Positions 23,215 to 36,089 of a DNA stretch of 55,383 nt are shown here, in pieces. The stretch covers positions 1 to 55,383 of the forward strand of contig JAUCBJ010001399.1 in the NCBI GenBank assembly GCA_032718475.1, written 5' to 3'. The notes under the pieces are model-generated. The model saw nothing but the letters and a program-made list of their open reading frames with translations, ran no database searches and was not told where the DNA came from. Numbering within the stretch: position 1 is the first letter of the stretch; every line of letters starts with the position of its first letter. The position numbers and the translations under genes are program-made. This DNA comes from Nemertoderma westbladi. Taxonomy: Eukaryota > Animalia > Xenacoelomorpha.

Positions 23215-24521
23215 CTATTGTAAAATTACTTTCAATGTAAATTGATTATTTGAGAAGCTGCTTTTTCTAAATAACATTTAATTAACTTATCAACTTTTCA
23301 ATCTAACCCTTGTGTAGCAGTCAGTGCTTTGTTCTTACATGCATTTTATATGTAGTAAAAGTATTATTGTGTGGATTTAATGTATATATATAGTTGTTAT
23401 AGTTACTGCTTATTACATTCCTTATTACACAATAATTAAGTAATTGTTGAAAAATTCAAAATTTACATAGCAATATAATTATGATTATTAAACATTAAAT
23501 TATTAAAAGTAATTAAAAACAAATAAATAAGTAAACCAGATATTAAAAACGTTAATGCATTTCAAAATCTTGAGAACGTCTGGTTTTCAAAAATAATAAA
23601 GTAACATTATTGGAAACTCCATAAAGTTTGTATAGTTTTTGAGATCGAAAAAATCTGGGCCCACTTTACAACAATTGGTTGTTAGTTCTATTGTTGGCTG
23701 TTCAAAGAAGGTTGGTATTTATCAATGAAATGTTGTTCGTAGCCTTCTAATAAGTTTTCATGTCGACAACAGAAGAATGGGGCCACTTTAAATTGGTTTT
23801 CCCCGCAGTTGAGAAAGTGTTTACTACGCCTTAAATGTCTATAAAGTTCATTGAGTATTTGGTTTCTGTGGAGATTAATTGTTAAATTAGTCGTTAAAGA
23901 CGATAATAAAGACGATTGTTAAATTATTCTGGAACATTACTAATTTGCTACTTAATCTTCCCTACTGTTCCTTTTGTTTGACTTGTGTTATGTAATAAAT
24001 TTATGTATAATTTCAATGAATTTTATTTGTTGTAAGTCACTTTTCTGTCAAAGTCTTTTGACAAAAAAAGAACACCTTTTTCATCAACAAAAAAGTGATT
24101 TATGAATTAAATTTCAAGGTAATTTCCATGACATTAATTTTTTTAAACTAGCTAGTTTTAGCTAATTTTTGTAAATGTTGTTATAGAACACGTGTTAGCT
24201 ACCGGTATGAATTTTGTATTTGATATCAAACTAGCTAGTTTTGTTCTAATCAATTTTGATAAATATTTTTATCTAGAACACATTTTTTATTCTGAAACAC
24301 ATTTTTATTTTTATACTAGCTAGTTTTTTATACTTTTTTTATAAATGTTAAAGAGCTCGTTTTAGTTACTGTATGAATTTTGATAAATATTTTTGTTCTA
24401 GAACACATTTTTTCTAGAACATTTTTTGTAAAAATACCATCCTGCTGTCAGAAGGTCAAATATTTGTTATAGAAAAATAACCTCATGTTAAAAGCATTTT
24501 TATGAAACAAATGGTCAAATT

Positions 24522-24863
24522 GGAAGCAGGACAATTCGGTCCCGGACAATTCGGTCCGGACAATTCGGTCCCGGACAATTCGGTCCCGGACAATTCGGTC
24601 CCATTAATTTTGTGTTTTGTGACCGAATTGTCCGGGACCGAATTGTCCGGATACTGACTAGGACAATTTGGTCCCAAAACATGCATATTAATGGGACCGA
24701 ATTGTCCGGGACCGAATTCTCCGCGGACCGAATTGTCCGGATACTGACTAGGACAATTCGGTCCCAACACATGCATATTAATGGGACCGAATTGTCCGGG
24801 ACCGAATTGTCTGGGACCGAATTGTCCGGGACCGAATTGTCCAGGACCGAATTGTCCGAGACC
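24522..24863. mobile_element. MITE built of inverted arrays of 15-bp GGACAATTCGGTCCC units
   Basis: Starts GGAAGCAGGACAATTC, has internal duplications, and belongs to the same family as 49413-49516. Confidence 0.75.
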
Positions 24864-25258
24864 AAATTTAATTGGTACTATATAATGGTGAATGTTCTAG
24901 AACCTTAATATATATTATTATTTGGTAGCTAGTGTTTTTTTTACTAGCTAGTATTTTTTTTAAATAAAAAAAATTTACTTTTTTTTGTTAACATTATTAG
25001 TTATGGTAGATATGGTGTTTTTATGGAGCTTGTGAATTATTTACTAGCTAGTCTAGTAATAGTATGTATTTAAAATGTTTAAAACTGATTTTTTTTATAT
25101 ATTGCGTAAGTAATTGTCCTACATCCGGTTAAATTATGGGTTCACAAGGTGTAGTATTGCCGGTATTTAACTATGGAAGAAGCTTCGATGGACGATATTT
25201 ATGCTGAAATAGGCCCAGATAAAAGTGAGAAGACTTACAACAAATAAACCGATGTAAG

Positions 25259-26822
25259 GGTAATGGTGAAAAATATCGAGACTTGAAAAATATCGAGAGT
25301 AAAAATAACGAGAGTAAAAATATCGTGAGTGAAAATAACGAGTGTTGAAAATTAACGTGATTAAAAAATATCGAGAGTAAAAATAACACGAGATGAAAAA
25401 TATCAAAAATAACGAGTGTTGAAAAATATCGAGTGTTGAAAAATATCGAGTGTTGAAAAATATCGAGTGTTGAAAAACATCGAGTGTTGAAAAATATCGA
25501 CTGTTGAAAAATATCGAGTGTTGAAAAATATCAAGTGTTGAAAAATATCGAGTGTTGAAAAATATCGAGTGTTGAAAAATATCGAGTGTTGAAAAATATC
25601 GAGTGTTGAAAAATATCGAGTGTTGAAAAATATCGAGTGTTGAAAAATATCGAGAGTAAAAATATTGCATTTTACTTGAGCATTTTATTTAGAATTATGG
25701 AACAATATTGCAGTGGTTGGTTGGTTGGGTTACAACAGTGCAAGTGCAAGTGAATGGCATTATGTAGTCACCTTGGTTACCCATTTACCAGATTTATTAT
25801 ACTAGCTAGTTTTTGCTATTTTTTTAATAAATATTATAAAAGACGTGCTAGCTATAAATTTTGATAAATATTATAAATATTGTTAAATATTATATTAGAA
25901 CACGTATAAGCTACCAAATGTTGATAAATATTGTTGTTCTAGAACATTTTTAGTAAAAAAAATTATCATACAACCCTTATTTAAAAAAATTTTTACTATC
26001 GATATTTTTACTCTCGATATTTTTCAACATTCTATATTTTTCAACACTCGATATTTTTACTCTCGATATTTTTCCACACTCGATATTTTTCAACACTCGA
26101 TATTTTTCAACACTCGATATTTTTCAACACTCGATATTTTTCAACACTCGATATTTTTACTCTCGATATTTTTCAATACTCGATATTTTTACTCTCGATA
26201 TTTTTCAACACTCGATATTTTTACTCTCGATATTTTTCAACACTCGATATTTTTACTCTCGATATTTTTCAACACTCGATATTTTTACTCTCGATATTTT
26301 AACTCTCAATATTTTTCAACACTCGACATTTTTACTCTCGATATTTTTACTCTCGATATTTTTCAACACTCGATATTTTTACTCTCGATATTTTTCAACA
26401 CTCGATATTTTTACTCTCGATATTTTTCAACACTCGATATTTTTACTCTTGATATTTTTCAACACTCGATATTTTTACTCTCGATATTTTGTCAACACTC
26501 GATATTTTTACTCTCGATATTTTTCAACACTCGATATTTTTACTCTCGATATTTTAACTCTCAATATTTTTCAACACTCGACATTTTTACTCTCGATATT
26601 TTTACTCTCGATATTTTTCAACACTCGATATTTTTACTCTCGATATTTTTCAACACTCGATATTTTTACTCTCGATATTTTTCAACACTCGATATTTTTA
26701 CTCTCGATATTTTTCAACACTCGATATTTTTACTATCGATATTTTTCAACACTCGATATTTTTACTCTCGATATTTTTCAACACTCTATATTTTTACTCT
26801 CGAAATTTTTCAACACTCGATA
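25259..26822. repeat. Inverted tandem arrays of 15/17-bp AAAAATATCGAG(TGTTG/AGT) units, probably the arms of a fold-back MITE
   Basis: The array at 25268-25665 faces its reverse complement at ~25995-26822. The right arm is cut by the LTR at 26823. Confidence 0.85.
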
Positions 26823-27751
26823 TGTTCGCACTTTCAGACCTTTAGCAGTTTAACCTGCCAAATTTAGGTGTCTTCTAAGTTATAAATCGACTTTAGCCTA
26901 TGACGAGTATTTGATACACTACATTAGCCGAAGCCAACCTATGTGCGACCATTCACCCGCTGGATTTACCCGGGAGACTGGATTCGGAAGCTCTGACATT
27001 ATTGCGGTGTAGGCCTACTGTATTATTCGATTGATCGTTAATATATAATCTCTGACAAATATTATTCACTTTCGGGAAATATTAACAGTTCCTTTAGGAC
27101 GTGGCGCTCTAAATATGTAAACAGAGTTATGACTTATACTAAACACAACGGGATGGCTATTGATTCACGTATAAGGCGCATTCTTTAGGAGATGCTTTGT
27201 TTCTGTCACACTCATGTACACTACCGCACAATGCTGCATACCAATCTGCCGACCTTCACTAATTTTAGTCACATATAAAGAGAACAGCAATTGACCCATG
27301 TAGTGCCTATGAAATAGCATTAGATTCACTCCAAAACCAATATAATGTAAGTCGCAATTGCTATATGTAACCGGTCTCTTACCTTCAGTATATCAAGAAG
27401 ATGGGGTTTTATGATTATTTATCGATATTATCCAAATATAACAATATTCCATCAACTGTTACAATTAATAACCGACAGTAAATAGCAGTAAAATAATGCG
27501 GTGAAAGGTATGCACAGTATGATATAGGTTGTTGTGTGATGAGTTGAGTTATGTATGATAACAGTTATACGTTTCTGTAATCAAAGCCGTTCTAATGTTT
27601 TGCTAAAGTCTGAAACACAGAATAATTCCACAGCCGATGTTCTGGCATCAGGAAAAAAGGTAAACATAAACCATAATGCATTGCGCGATTTCCCGGAGGC
27701 CTCTGTGCAAATAAAATGAAAATCGCTCTGATTGGTCGAGTGAGTGAACAG
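26823..27751 (-). mobile_element. LTR of the same family (target of the complete copy); continues at 39941-40057
   Basis: Starts TGTTCGCACTTTCAGACC. LTR sequence resumes after the AACAG duplication and is truncated at a LINE tail. Confidence 0.88.
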
Positions 27752-28972
27752 TGTTCGCGCTTTTAAGACCTTTGGCAGTTTAACCCTCCAAATCTATATG
27801 TCTTCTAGGTTATAAATCTACTCCAGCCTATGACAAGTATTGAACAACTATAATAATTCTAACATTAGCCAAAGCCAGTCTGTGCGCGACCATTCACCCG
27901 CTGGATATACCTGGGAGACTGGATTTGGATGCTTTAATTTGATTGTGGTGCAGGCCCACTGTACTATTCGATTGATCGTTAATATATAATCTCTGACGAA
28001 TATTATTCACTTTCGGGAAATATTAGCAGTTCCTTTAGGACGTGGCGCTCTATCTATTTAAACAGAGCTATGACTTACACTATACACAACCGTATGTCTT
28101 ATAGATCACCAAAGTGCATTCTTTAGGAAATGCTTTGTTACTCGGTCAAGCACATACAGACTATTGCACACAACTGCACACTGAATTGCCGATATTCACT
28201 GATTTTAATCATATATAAAGAGAACAGCAACCAACATTTGTAGGGCCTATTAAGTAGCATTGAACTCACTACAAACCACGATAATGTATGTCGCAAATTG
28301 TTATATGTAACCGGTCTCTCTAACCTTAGTGTATCAAGAAGATTGGGTTTTCGGATCGTTATCAATATTCTTCCCAATAATAATAAGTAAACGAACGATA
28401 CAATTAACAACACAGTAAATAGCAGTAAATAATGCGGCGAAAAGCAGTTTACGTCAGGGTGCTTAATCAGATGCCGAGGTGCAAAACCGTGATAACCGTT
28501 TGATGATCTTATAATTAAAGACGCTCTAATGTCAGAAAACATTCCCCGGCCGGTGTTCTAGGCATGGGGGAAATGTCAGTACTGAATCCTGTAATTCTGC
28601 TGTACAGCTTTTTACACAAAGAGGGAATCTCTGATTGGTCGAATGGCAAAAAGCTCCACGTGGAAACAGCTGATAGATGTCGTCATTTTGAGCTGAGCAG
28701 AACAAAGAACCAAGGCAAGGCTCTGGGCAAGTTACACGTGTAAAGCTCAGCCGTTAGCTGTCGTCATAGTAACGACACTGTTTCAAGAGGATCTAGGGCG
28801 TTGCGTCATAGAATTGCTAATTATGTCCTCTAAAGTACACATACAGAAGAAATAGCTTTTATGTCCCCTAAAAACACCGGTACAGCAATGACACGGCCTT
28901 TTATGCCTGCTAAACCAACTACAGAGCACTTTACGGGGAAAATAACCGGGCAATTCCGCAAAAGCTTTTACA
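27752..28972 (-). repeat. 3' LTR of copy C
   Basis: About 15 substitutions versus 38715-39935, counted by eye. Confidence 0.96.
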
Positions 28973-28994
28973 CCGCTCCCAGAAAATGGGATTT

Positions 28995-30345
28995 TAGTCT
29001 ATAAAATATAAAAATCACAGTTTCTAAAATATAAAGATACTCTAAACAGTTAGTTTTTCTTGCGAGGACGGCGTTTACGCAGTTTCTTGAGACTAGCAAG
29101 AGTCCTTTTCTCTTTGGGGCGAGCCACTTTACTAGGAGGGCTATAACTCCTGGGTGAAGGGTGCAATACAATTGCATCAGAAGGTTTAGGGTTACGGTCA
29201 GTGTCTCGTCCATTTAGATCTGCTTCTCCTCGAGCTGATTTTCCTCCGCTTGTCGTTGGACACGCTCGTCCAAAACTCTCGCAGAGAATAGGGTTATCTA
29301 AGCTCGATATCTTCTTAGAGATTCAAGATTTCCCAATCGAACTGAGATAAAGCCAATTCGTTTACCGCTTGGACTTGCTGTTATAACTTACGTTTATCTG
29401 AACAAACGCAGGTTTCCTTTCTGATCTTTGTAGAATAGCGTTTAACTCGTTTCGTACAACGCTCTCCTTCACCTTGATGAAGGGTTGTATCGCGCTAAAC
29501 TGGGATGACCATACGGTTGAATGGTGATATTAGGTGTCCGCGTCCCAATACGGCTAGGTAAGATGGGCGGCTAGCTAGAGCTCGCTGCCGGAGTGTTACC
29601 GATTAATTGTTAGGGTAGCACTAGATCTTTGAACAGTGAATACAGCACGTGAGGATCCGGGATACCATCAGAATCGAAAGTCTGAGGTCTAATCAAGGAA
29701 CGAGGTGGTCTGACCGAATATTCCGGAACTATGATCGTAGGTTTACTCAAGGATCGTCTGAGTCGAGCGAGCGTAGGTGATATGTCGAACAAGTTTCGGT
29801 TTCCGTGGATGTTTATGTCTTTCCGTTTATTAGTTGGGTCTAGGGCATTTATTGTAATAATACCAAAGACGCACGTCTGGTAGGGGAAACTCGGATGATA
29901 TTTATTTGTTGTTACAATGCTTCTATCAAGAATTCCAAATATACGTTAGAGTTACCACGTCCATTTGTCTCTCTAATGTCTTTTCTTTCGAGTCGATTTC
30001 GAATAGAATTTTCGCATTCAAATTTCAGTTTATCGTTCCGACTCCGCTGGGTAGGATATATGTTCGACATAGTCCGTATCGTGTGAATCGATAGAATGGC
30101 CAATGGTTAAGAAGTCCATATACGTACTATTACGATGCGTGTAGCGAGCGGTGAATTTTCCATAGTCCAATTCACGCGTAAGTTGTTTCTAGGAAATCGT
30201 CGGTTCGATATAACGACCATCGTCCTTCGTAGTAGTTGGACTAGCGTCGCCGCGTATCAAGCTATCAACAAACACTTGTAAAGGTAGAGTATATCGCTCC
30301 CCGATACCAAGACCATCTTCTATCAACTCCGTTATATCTGCTATA
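28995..30345 (-). pseudogene. Decayed second ORF of copy C (extra stops and deletions)
   Basis: Homologous to 7703-9278 (NDKLKFECENSIRNRLE; FDISPTLARLRRSL; LVKWLAPKRKGLL). Confidence 0.6.
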
Positions 30346-31985
30346 TATGAGTTTATTAATATTATAATGAGCTTATAATTAGGCTAGCGAGCGTCGCTGC
30401 CTACCCCAATCAGCCCCCGGACAGTGTAAGAGCCTCAGCGCAAATGTGTCGTCGCCGCTGTGTTTTCCGCCAACGTGTAGCTACACAACGACAACGACAC
30501 TAGCACGAGTCACTCCACTGTCCGTCCCAAAGGCTTAGATACACTTCAGGTTCTTACTGGAGAGTTAGGGTTACTTTCACAATTGCGACTCGCTACTGTA
30601 AACACACCTTAGTAGTAACATTCGCCTATAAACTCACAAATTCCACACACACAACTGTCACAAATTACACACACTCGGGCCATTTGTCCGTTAGTCAGTG
30701 CCTTCCAGAATGCCACGTTATTATTATGTATCCTTGGATACTAGCAGTGCGCTATTTATTTCTTACTATGCAATGGGGCAAGCTTTCTATTGTTCTTTTT
30801 AACTTGCTTCTAATTCTAGCGTGGGTGTTACTAGGGTGACATTATGGAAAGCTAGCGGTAGAATTAGGGTAATTCCAATGCATACAGATCTGGGATGCTA
30901 TTTAATAGTAATTCTTTAATGGTCCAATATCTCGTTTATACATGATTTTATAAATTTTATCGGCTATTGACTCATACATGGGAGATTCTCACACTCTAAC
31001 ACACTTAATAGGATGAATCTCCGCTCCCGTGATCTATTAATTAATGGGATTTTGGGAATGTTATAAATTGCACAGAATGACAATTTATCAAATTCATTAA
31101 AATATGAATTTAAATTTATTCCCTGAAATTTTATTATTTGATAGTACAATTGACACAATTTGATTCCAGAGCAGGTCTGGGGACATAGGATCCTTAATTC
31201 TATGAAAATTGTCTTTTAAGAGTATCGGTAAGTGCTACGATATCTTAATCGACTAGAATTGTTAAAGGATCTGAATTTTACAGATTTTGATTTATAGATT
31301 TGTAAATATTAAATAATTAATATTTGAGATGGGCACCAATTTATTCCAGAACTTGTCTGGGGACGTTAACCACTGATTCTAGAATTTGTCTTTCAAGTAT
31401 ATCGGCGGGTGCCGCGATATCTTAATCGACTAGAATTACAGATGGTCAAAAGGTTTAACAGATTTATTTGCGTTTCACACTACTGTTAGAGGGACATCAC
31501 GCTACTATATGTATTATTATATATGGTATGAGAGCAATATCGCACGAAGCAATGTCAGTGTGAAGAGGCAAGTCGTTTCCAAGGTCTACCCAGAGCTTGG
31601 TTTAGCCGAGACACGAGGATCTGAACTTTGCATTCCTAATACTCTGCCTACCAATAATACTTGAATATAGTAGTGGCTTTATTGTACTTTAATAAGTACG
31701 GACATTTCATCTTACTGTAGTCACGTATTTATAATATGATACGGACAGTAAGGAAAGAGAAAAAATAATTATTTCTCGCCGTCGCACTAAATATATATTA
31801 TAAGTAATTACGTACGTAATAAACACTAATATATTGCACTAATCTACTAAATAATCACTAAAATAACATTCTACTAAATAAAATTAAAGAAAACGATTAT
31901 AATAAAATTACATAATAATACATACATAAATATAAAATAAAAACAAATATAAAATGATATAGTCACACGCCCACTCCATATGTTA

Positions 31986-34900
31986 TTACGTTATGGAGTC
32001 CCTAGATATTTGTCGGATTAGGGAAGTGGTCGTAGGAAGAGTATCTTGCCTTCCATAGTTTCCGGACAGTTTTCGGTCTCTTTCCAGTAAACATAAACGA
32101 CCAACTGGGCGATTGAGTTGTTGTGTTACTTTCTCCGCTCCCTTGGCCTGTCTAATCTCCGCCGTGGTAAGATGAGGAGGCCATTCTTCTTCTTCTTTAC
32201 TTAAGAAGTCGGATCCACCTAACCAGCCTGGAGTATCTATTAGTTCTTGAGGAGTTGCTCCTCTGGAAGCAATGTCGGCTGGATTAATCGTCCCAAGGCA
32301 ATGTCTCCATTGATCTATAGTGGAGTTAATATCGTCATTATCTGAGGAGTATGGTGTTCCCTCAGTTGGGTCGTCCACCTCACTGCTCTCCACTTCCCAT
32401 TCCTTTACTTGGTATACCTGTTCTTGAGGTAATCTCTCTTTGAGAGTTCTACGGGAAGGGCCAGTGAAGTACCAACCTACTCTAGTTCTTACCGCATAGG
32501 TTTGTAGTGGCTGTGGTTGAGCAGGCCGTTTCTCCAATGTCTCTAGCGCCTCATGCGCGTTTTGGCCGATGAGTATTTGCACTCCAGGATAATCTGTGTG
32601 GAATCGAGGTATCTTAAGCTGCTGGATGCTCTCGTCCTCGTCCCAGTTATAAGGTTCTACTTGGGTAGTAGCGAAGTTCTTTATAGCCACCATTTTTACT
32701 GACCTTATACTTTGTTCTCCTAATTTATCCTGGGGGGTGGACAACGCACCTACATAGTAATCTGCCGTTATGGTAGATTTCCAAACCTGCATAATTCCTG
32801 ACATATTCAACTTAGTTCGGAATTTGGGTTGTCCAGCAAAGATGTCTTCGGCTAGTTCTTGATCAATGAATGTTCCTGTGCTGCCGGAATCAAGGAGGGC
32901 GTTCACTATGTAACTTTTGTTAGGACCGTGAACTCTTACCTGCACTACAGGAAATTCTCTGATTCCTACGTTGGAAGTTGGAGGTTTCCAAGATGGTTGT
33001 CTGTCAAAAGTAGTTGGGGGGAACTCATTGTTGGTGTCCTTTTCGTAAGTAAGTGCTCGATACACCGCGGTATTTATTAGGTAACAGGATTCGTTGGCGT
33101 CGGAGAATTCGTCAGTATAGAATCCTTCCATCTCAGATTCTTGATCAGTGTCATTTACATCACTGAATTGGACATGTAGTTCGGGCTCACTTACCTGACT
33201 CGGGTTGTTTCGTTCGAATTCACTGTGTAACAAGATGTGATGTTTCGCACCGCACTTTGCACACCTTACGTCGGAGTAACAGGTTCGCCGTTGGTGTCCT
33301 TGTCTGAGGCAATTATAGCATAACCGCTTATCCCACATGACTTCACGTCTGTCTACCAGGGATTTCTTTAGGAATTCAGCACACACACTCAAACGGTGGG
33401 GCCCGTCGCACAGCACACATTTTGGTTTGATGTTACTCACTTTACCTTGGGTAACGTTATGCACTCTCGTTCTTTCTTCGGGCTTTCTTCCGTGAATTCT
33501 CTTAGGAGACGTAGGAGGAGTTGTTGTTACCTGTTCTCTCCTGTCACTGGTTCGAGACTTATATTTACTTACGTCTTTATAGGTCTTGTTGTCATAGTAA
33601 GATTTTGCTGTGTCTTTCCCGCTGTCCTCTTCTTGAGAAGCTTGGCTTTCGCCGTCATCAGTATAACACACTGGTGTTACCCTTCTCCTAGAAACGGGTC
33701 CCTCACTCACCTTATTTTCCGATGTTTTCTCTCTGGACTGCTTTATGAGTTGTAATTTTACTTCACTATCTAAGAAGGACATGAGATCAGCCATGGTAGG
33801 GCCTCGTCGTTGCTGCTCATTCATATACAACACTTTCTTGTCCCAGCGTGTACATACTCCACCCTTTGGTAAAGTAGAGACTACGGCTCCAATAACCATG
33901 GAACTCTGATATTCATGAGACTTACCCAACCAATCCAACTGTCTACAGATCTCCTGAATCTCATCGGAAAACTCTATAATCCCGCTACTAAGGAACTTTC
34001 GGGGGGCTACTAATTTTGCATACAAATACTTAGCTATGTTATCCTTGTTACCATACCTGATGTTTAATGTATCCCAAACTTGTCTTAATCCATCTGGGTG
34101 TCCAATAAACTTTAACGCCATTAACTTGGGAGGTCCTTCCAAGCACTTGATGAGGAATCTAAGTTTCTCTCCATTAGATAGTACAGAGTTCTGTATGCTA
34201 TCTTTGTAATATTCATTGAAAGGTAACCATTTCATCTCATCTCCATTGAATTTGACGATTTCTCCCACTTTGACAGCTTGGCGGGCTTCTGTTCTAGCCA
34301 TCTGACGCGTAAAGCTTTCTTGGGCCATCGTGTTATTTAATATCGAATTATCGGTATATAAATTTCCCGGATTATTATCAGGTCTATAGGGAATATCATC
34401 AACAACAGGTTTATAATTACCCTTAATAGGGTTTGCTATAGGAGTTTCTACTTCACTAGCAGTATAGATGCGTGTAGGCTCCACACCTTGCGCATGTAAT
34501 ACTTCAGACCTAACAGGTTGACATAATGTTACAGGGGGTATTGGTATACCCTTTTGTATATTGACTAATTTGTCGCGTTCTAGCGCGATACTTTGCTGCA
34601 CTTCTTGCAATTCTAACATACGTTCCCTTACTGTTCCCTTGAGTTGGTGGACAGTCTCCTGCATCTGTCCGAGCAGGAGATTCATCCCCCGCCGTCCCTC
34701 CTCTACCCACTCGACCGCCGAAGCGGGAGTCGCCAACATTGTAGCGGGCTGACGCGGGACGACGGGAGACAAATCTTTGATTTCTCTCTCAGTGTCCAGG
34801 ACAGGGATATTCGCATGGACTGTTCTACCGGGTACAGGCAGTGTAGTACTGTGTAGAGGGAATTTAGAGTTAAGCTCTGGAAGTACAGGGGTCTCTAGCA

Positions 34901-36089
34901 CAGGAGTGGATTTGGGAACGACAGGCCTAATTATTTCAGGCTCATCAACTATGGTAGGGAGTCTTTTGACCTTAATAATTTGGTCTGTGGGTTCTGTACT
35001 ACCTAAGTCTGTGCTAGCTAGTTGTCTTCTAACCGCTGGGGGCAAATCAGGCAATTTGTGACGGTGAGATGTTTTTCTACGCCTGCTTAGACGAGATCTA
35101 TTTCCTCCGCCTTCAGGATCGGTGGTCTTGCCTTCCTCCGATGATGTGTATCCTTGGCGTTTGGGAGTAGATCGACTCATCATCTGCATTTGACTAGCAG
35201 TTAACTGTTTATTTATGCAGTCTTGCGTCTCTTGCAGATTTTCCAACTCCAGTTGGGTAGTCTCCTCAGACGCTCTCCGTTCTGCTTCTGCCACTGCCTT
35301 TGCTGCTGCTGCTTTTGCTGCTTCCACTGCCGCTGCCGCTTTTGCCACTTCTGCTTCTGCCATTGCCGCTGCTACTGCTGCTGCCTTTCGGTCCTCTATC
35401 CGTTTTTTCTTTACTTGTTCTTCTTGGACTCTAGCGAGGCGGAGTTTTTCATCAAATTTAGCTTGGTTTGCAGCTAACATTTCCGCATCGATTGCGTCCA
35501 ACACAAGCTTGGTTCCTTCACTATTAGGGCAAAGTCCAGACAGTCGTCTCCTCAACTCTTTGTCTCCTAGGAATCGCTGATAGTCTGACAGATAGATGTC
35601 AATGGTGTCTCTAGTTCGCGGCTTCTCTGCTGCTGTTAATTCGCTTTCCACTTCGCTTTCCACTTCGCTTTCCACTTGAGAAGAAGTGGCGTCAGTTGAT
35701 TCTTCATAGGTTAGCCATTCATCATAAACTGTATCCGCCATCTTCGCTCCGCGTTCGGGCGTCCGCTCAACAGTATCCGAACTACTGGAGCTATCGGGCC
35801 GCTGAAAACTAGGTTCTTGGCTAGGATGTTGCTGCTGTTTGACAGCTGCTTCTTGATCCCGCTTGACTTGGGCCCGAGTGCCGATGATAGACCTACGGTG
35901 TTCTACTAGCCTAGGGTCTGACACTACTACTGTAGGGATGGCCTTTCTTACAATAGGAGGTGACTTAGACTTGGATCTAGGATGTTCTATACTTGGATCT
36001 GGGTCACTGATCTTTTTAAGACACTGTCTAACAGTCATTCTAACACTTTCTAAGAGACTATCTGACAGTGATTGGGTTGTGTCAGACAT
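31986..36089 (-). CDS. BEL/Pao Gag-protease polyprotein lacking RT and integrase (1367 aa)
   Basis: ~600-aa N-terminal extension, capsid-like KFNGDEMKWLPF...SNGEKLRFLIKCLEG, three Zn knuckles, ALLDSGS protease, WRH..NPADIASRG..W..G..FL..WP and LNRPVGRLCLLE. No RT YxDD region or integrase core. Confidence 0.93.
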   Translation of the reverse strand: MSDTTQSLSDSLLESVRMTVRQCLKKISDPDPSIEHPRSKSKSPPIVRKAIPTVVVSDPRLVEHRRSIIGTRAQVKRDQEAAVKQQQHPSQEPSFQRPDSSSSSDTVERTPERGAKMADTVYDEWLTYEESTDATSSQVESEVESEVESELTAAEKPRTRDTIDIYLSDYQRFLGDKELRRRLSGLCPNSEGTKLVLDAIDAEMLAANQAKFDEKLRLARVQEEQVKKKRIEDRKAAAVAAAMAEAEVAKAAAAVEAAKAAAAKAVAEAERRASEETTQLELENLQETQDCINKQLTASQMQMMSRSTPKRQGYTSSEEGKTTDPEGGGNRSRLSRRRKTSHRHKLPDLPPAVRRQLASTDLGSTEPTDQIIKVKRLPTIVDEPEIIRPVVPKSTPVLETPVLPELNSKFPLHSTTLPVPGRTVHANIPVLDTEREIKDLSPVVPRQPATMLATPASAVEWVEEGRRGMNLLLGQMQETVHQLKGTVRERMLELQEVQQSIALERDKLVNIQKGIPIPPVTLCQPVRSEVLHAQGVEPTRIYTASEVETPIANPIKGNYKPVVDDIPYRPDNNPGNLYTDNSILNNTMAQESFTRQMARTEARQAVKVGEIVKFNGDEMKWLPFNEYYKDSIQNSVLSNGEKLRFLIKCLEGPPKLMALKFIGHPDGLRQVWDTLNIRYGNKDNIAKYLYAKLVAPRKFLSSGIIEFSDEIQEICRQLDWLGKSHEYQSSMVIGAVVSTLPKGGVCTRWDKKVLYMNEQQRRGPTMADLMSFLDSEVKLQLIKQSREKTSENKVSEGPVSRRRVTPVCYTDDGESQASQEEDSGKDTAKSYYDNKTYKDVSKYKSRTSDRREQVTTTPPTSPKRIHGRKPEERTRVHNVTQGKVSNIKPKCVLCDGPHRLSVCAEFLKKSLVDRREVMWDKRLCYNCLRQGHQRRTCYSDVRCAKCGAKHHILLHSEFERNNPSQVSEPELHVQFSDVNDTDQESEMEGFYTDEFSDANESCYLINTAVYRALTYEKDTNNEFPPTTFDRQPSWKPPTSNVGIREFPVVQVRVHGPNKSYIVNALLDSGSTGTFIDQELAEDIFAGQPKFRTKLNMSGIMQVWKSTITADYYVGALSTPQDKLGEQSIRSVKMVAIKNFATTQVEPYNWDEDESIQQLKIPRFHTDYPGVQILIGQNAHEALETLEKRPAQPQPLQTYAVRTRVGWYFTGPSRRTLKERLPQEQVYQVKEWEVESSEVDDPTEGTPYSSDNDDINSTIDQWRHCLGTINPADIASRGATPQELIDTPGWLGGSDFLSKEEEEWPPHLTTAEIRQAKGAEKVTQQLNRPVGRLCLLERDRKLSGNYGRQDTLPTTTSLIRQISRDSIT

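Noticed and set aside
25167-26853. ORFs of 167 and 134 aa (TRYFSTLDIFQHSIFF repeats)
   Set aside because: Translations of tandem arrays.
28138-28542. 134-aa hydrophobic ORF in both LTRs of copy C (also 39101-39505)
   Set aside because: Identity reflects LTR duplication; the ORF is not kept open in the other LTRs of the family.
31986-36089. Domesticated host gag gene (Arc/PEG10-like)
   Set aside because: Flanked by near-identical LTRs with a TSD and present in several copies, so it was recently mobile.
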